DNA of 63,543 nt, filler included, from Stramenopiles sp. TOSAG23-6 (lineage: Eukaryota), in assembly GCA_900128565.1 (NCBI GenBank). It is 11 parts of 11 records of this genome, joined end to end, with 100 filler letters (N's around TTAATTAATTAA, not from the genome) between each part and the next. Parts side by side here need not be neighbours in the genome. Positions count along the whole stretch, not along the records: positions 61,409 to 62,426 come from LT639940.1; positions 62,527 to 63,543 come from LT639942.1; 9 more parts are not named here. One strand, given 5' to 3'. Of the stretch, positions 61,674 to 63,543 are shown one piece after another. Numbering within the stretch: the first letter of the stretch is position 1; every line of letters begins with the position of its first letter. The position numbers and the translations under genes are program-made. Below the pieces are notes generated by a model. The model saw nothing but the letters and a program-made list of their open reading frames with translations. It did no database searches and had not been told where the DNA came from.

Positions 61674-61807
61674 TATATTAAATATGGAAGGAGAGGCATA
61701 CTGTCGAAATTACGACGGTTTCAACTTTGGCGGAATCTTATATATCGATTTGATGATTGAAAAAGATACAAGTCAAAATAATGCTGACATTCAATCAAAA
61801 TGATAGA

Positions 61808-62426
61808 ATGAGCCAAAAGGGTAAATCTGTATATGAATCAGTTACTCGCTTGCGTCAAGCAGTGCCTCAACCTCATTTTATACCAACAAACCGTATTGAA
61901 CGTAAGAACAGACAGTCCAATCAGTCGCCTGTTGGTAAAATTACAAAACCATATTCATTAACACGATTACCACATATAAAAACGACAATTATAGGAGGTG
62001 AAATACCTGTACATCGAGTTGTGCGACATCCAGTAAGAAGAATGTCTGCAATGAGTGGTGCAATGTCAAAACATCCGGAACAGCGAGTGCATAAACAAAC
62101 AACTAAACAACATATATCGAGCAACAAACAAAAACGAGGCTCTGGAAGACGAACATTACATCCACCTAAAAGTAAATATTTAGAGTCCAAAGGTTTAAAA
62201 ATATTTAGTCAATCAATACAAACACTTTGCACAGATCGATTGAGCCTTGAACAAGCCCTGGGTAATAAGCGCAGAGTAAATGCTAAAACATCTACTACTA
62301 CTGCTCAAAATCTTGCAGCTCAAGTATGTATGGCGAGAAGAAGAAAATACGAACCATTAATATCTAAAATTGTTGACCCGGGACATAATGCTACTTTTCG
62401 ACAGGCTTGTGAGGCTCGAATAGTAC
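61808..62426 (+). CDS. 5' part of a basic hypothetical protein
   Basis: Open frame to contig end. Confidence 0.5.
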
Positions 62427-62526
62427 NNNNNNNNNNNNNNNNNNNNNNNNNNNNNNNNNNNNNNNNNNNNTTAATTAATTAANNNNNNNNNNNNNNNNNN
62501 NNNNNNNNNNNNNNNNNNNNNNNNNN

Positions 62527-63495
62527 TTCACTCACCAACGCATCCTTTTCAATAAGCTTGTTGGTTGTCACATTTTGAATATTTCTTGCTGCACTTTCAG
62601 TATATATACCAGCGAATTCAATTGATTTATCTTTGTACATAGATTTTATTTTACGCATTGCACCTTCACCATCATTTGTCGCTTTATCTTGTGCATTATG
62701 TAAAACGATTTGTCTACCAAACAATTTAAATTCATCTATAGGTTTCAAAATGAGCTCAATAGTACGAGAGCCTCCTTCAGTAATTTTTGCAATATCTTCA
62801 ATTTGTTTCCGTCGAATTACATCATCAATCTTCCTCATGACACCTTCCGTTGTTTGTCCAATATTTGTAAAAACTGGTTCCAAATATTTTATATATTGCT
62901 CTTTTATATCACGATCTCTAAGAAATGTTGGAATACCACCCATTTGAATCCAACTACATCCAACACCATTATTAGGGGGAGTGTGGACAATTTTTAATTT
63001 TTGTGTTTCAAGTTTTTGAACAACTTGAGGAATAAAAACGTCCTCATCTAGGTGATACGTGTCATCATCATGGAATGTTATATAATATTCAGGATCTTCT
63101 TCAGAGTAATCTTCATTTGGATGTCTCTCACGATATGCAATTTTTTGTAATTTTATTTCGTGTTTTCGTTTTAATTGTCTTTCATTGTATTTTTTCTCTT
63201 TTAAAAATTCTTTTTCAGCTTGATCATAAGTAATTCTGTAGGTGTATTGTAATAACTCAATTCTATCATGAAGCCTAAATATTTGATTTCGTAATACTTT
63301 TTGTATTTGAGAAATGTATGAAAATTCAGTATTAATTTGATCGTTTTCTATTTTGATTGCTTGATTAATTGTTTTTAGCATTGATTTTTCCCAAATGAGA
63401 CAATTTGTCATTCGTTTCAAAGAATGAGCTGATAAACCTTTTTTTTCAATCATTTCTCGTTCTTTAAAGTCTTTAAATGTAAAATTATCTGAATT
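62527..63495 (-). CDS. Internal exon of hypothetical protein
   Basis: Open frame after a family 3' end (CCAAAAAACAT). Confidence 0.55.
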
Positions 63496-63543
63496 ATGTT
63501 TTTTGGAAAAATATTTGAAAAAAAAAAATTCTAAAAAATTTGT

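Overview
AT-rich eukaryotic (protist) genomic DNA made of 11 contigs joined by artificial N-TTAATTAATTAA-N linkers. Bases 54612-61308 duplicate 1-6697, probably an assembly redundancy. Recognisable genes: FabD C-terminal exon, SERF/At2g23090-like, MFS sugar:cation symporter, CSDE1-like, fucokinase-like, 3-mercaptopyruvate sulfurtransferase, a GPI-anchored two-LU-like-domain protein, ZIP4/TEX11-like, ABM, bHLH, EF-hand, DNAH1-like N-terminus, cystathionine beta-synthase, DPCD, RPL36 and an S26-like protein. A Ty1/copia element has gag and pol in one frame separated by a single TAG plus hairpin. Main discovery: a large family of related ~85-215 nt introns (22 resolved, about 12 more cut by contig ends) that mostly do not end in AG. 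Consensus: exon-AT|GTAYGTTTT...GTACGAAATTTCGTAC (palindrome) CTAAC...T-run-GAAATATTTTTCCAAAATACAT|. Removing them restores open frames and conserved protein motifs. 17 of 22 end in AT, 2 in TT, 1 in TG and 2 in AG, usually 20-22 nt from an AAATAT box. Canonical GT-AG introns coexist. Telomeric (AACCCT)n tracts are embedded in many coding exons. All splice assignments are inferred from DNA and need RNA confirmation.
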